A program made the translations under genes and the position numbers. DNA of 64,000 nucleotides from Octopus bimaculoides (lineage: Eukaryota). The notes under the pieces are model-generated. The model was not told the origin of the DNA and ran no database searches. It saw nothing but the letters and a program-made list of their open reading frames with translations. Shown piece after piece: positions 63,656-64,000 of this stretch (positions are counted from its first letter, which is position 1; every line of letters begins with the position of its first letter). Location of the stretch: the NCBI RefSeq assembly GCF_001194135.2, contig NC_068981.1, positions 160,974,729 through 161,038,728 of the forward strand. Direction: 5' to 3'.

Positions 63656-64000
63656 TCAACAGCCTATGCACCTCAACCGGGGCTACCAAATGGTCTGAAA
63701 GACCAATTCTATGACACCCTCTTGCAAACTACCTCGTCGACGAGTGACAGGGACCTTCTCTTTGTGGTTGGAGACTTCAATGGTCATGTCGGACGTCGTG
63801 CTGGAGGCTTCCATGGCATACATGGAGGCTATGGCTTTGGTTCCCACAATGAGGAGGGAACCAGACTGCTGGAGTTCTGTGATGCAACCGATCTTATGGT
63901 CTGCAATACCAACTTCAGGAAACCTGCCAGTCACCTAGTCACCTACCGCTCCGGCAGACACTCTAGCCAAATCGACTACATCCTCTCCAGAAATAGGGAA
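63656..64000 (+). mobile_element. RTE LINE APE endonuclease, 5'-truncated, open to the window edge
   Basis: 115 codons without a stop: STAYAPQPGL...FVVGDFNGHVG...GYGFGSHNEEGTRLLEFC...LMVCNTNFRKPASHLVTYRSG...QIDYIL. Contains the APE motifs AYAP, GDFN and IDY. Confidence 0.93.

Overview
Eukaryotic, AT-rich, repeat-dense genomic DNA with seven N-gaps. The SINE/LINE repertoire and microsatellite load look like an octopus genome; this is inferred from recalled repeat families, not from a database search. The only host gene I can support is WDR19/IFT144. Its last four coding exons lie on the + strand (447-597, 7909-8032, 9242-9318, 18477-18591), splice in frame with GT-AG introns, and are followed by a probable poly(A) signal at 19201. 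The ORF track misses these exons, and nearly all of its ORFs are microsatellite or repeat artefacts. The rest is intronic or intergenic and holds several tRNA-derived SINE families, RTE-group LINE pieces (one with a PHD-like finger inside the RT region, one open endonuclease running off the right edge), CR1-like, Hero-like and R4/Dong-like LINE ends, Penelope-like (RT/GIY-YIG) relics, mariner (DD34D), maT (DD37D) and Tc1 relics, a hAT element with an exact 8-bp TSD, piggyBac-like and Helentron-like MITEs, a 286-bp palindrome and several minisatellites. The most notable structure is a nested fold-back in the last WDR19 intron: an inverted Penelope pair stacked inside an inverted LINE-tail pair. 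I found no convincing novel protein-coding system. Repeat boundaries were read by eye and are approximate (about +/-10-30 bp) unless a TIR or TSD is quoted.
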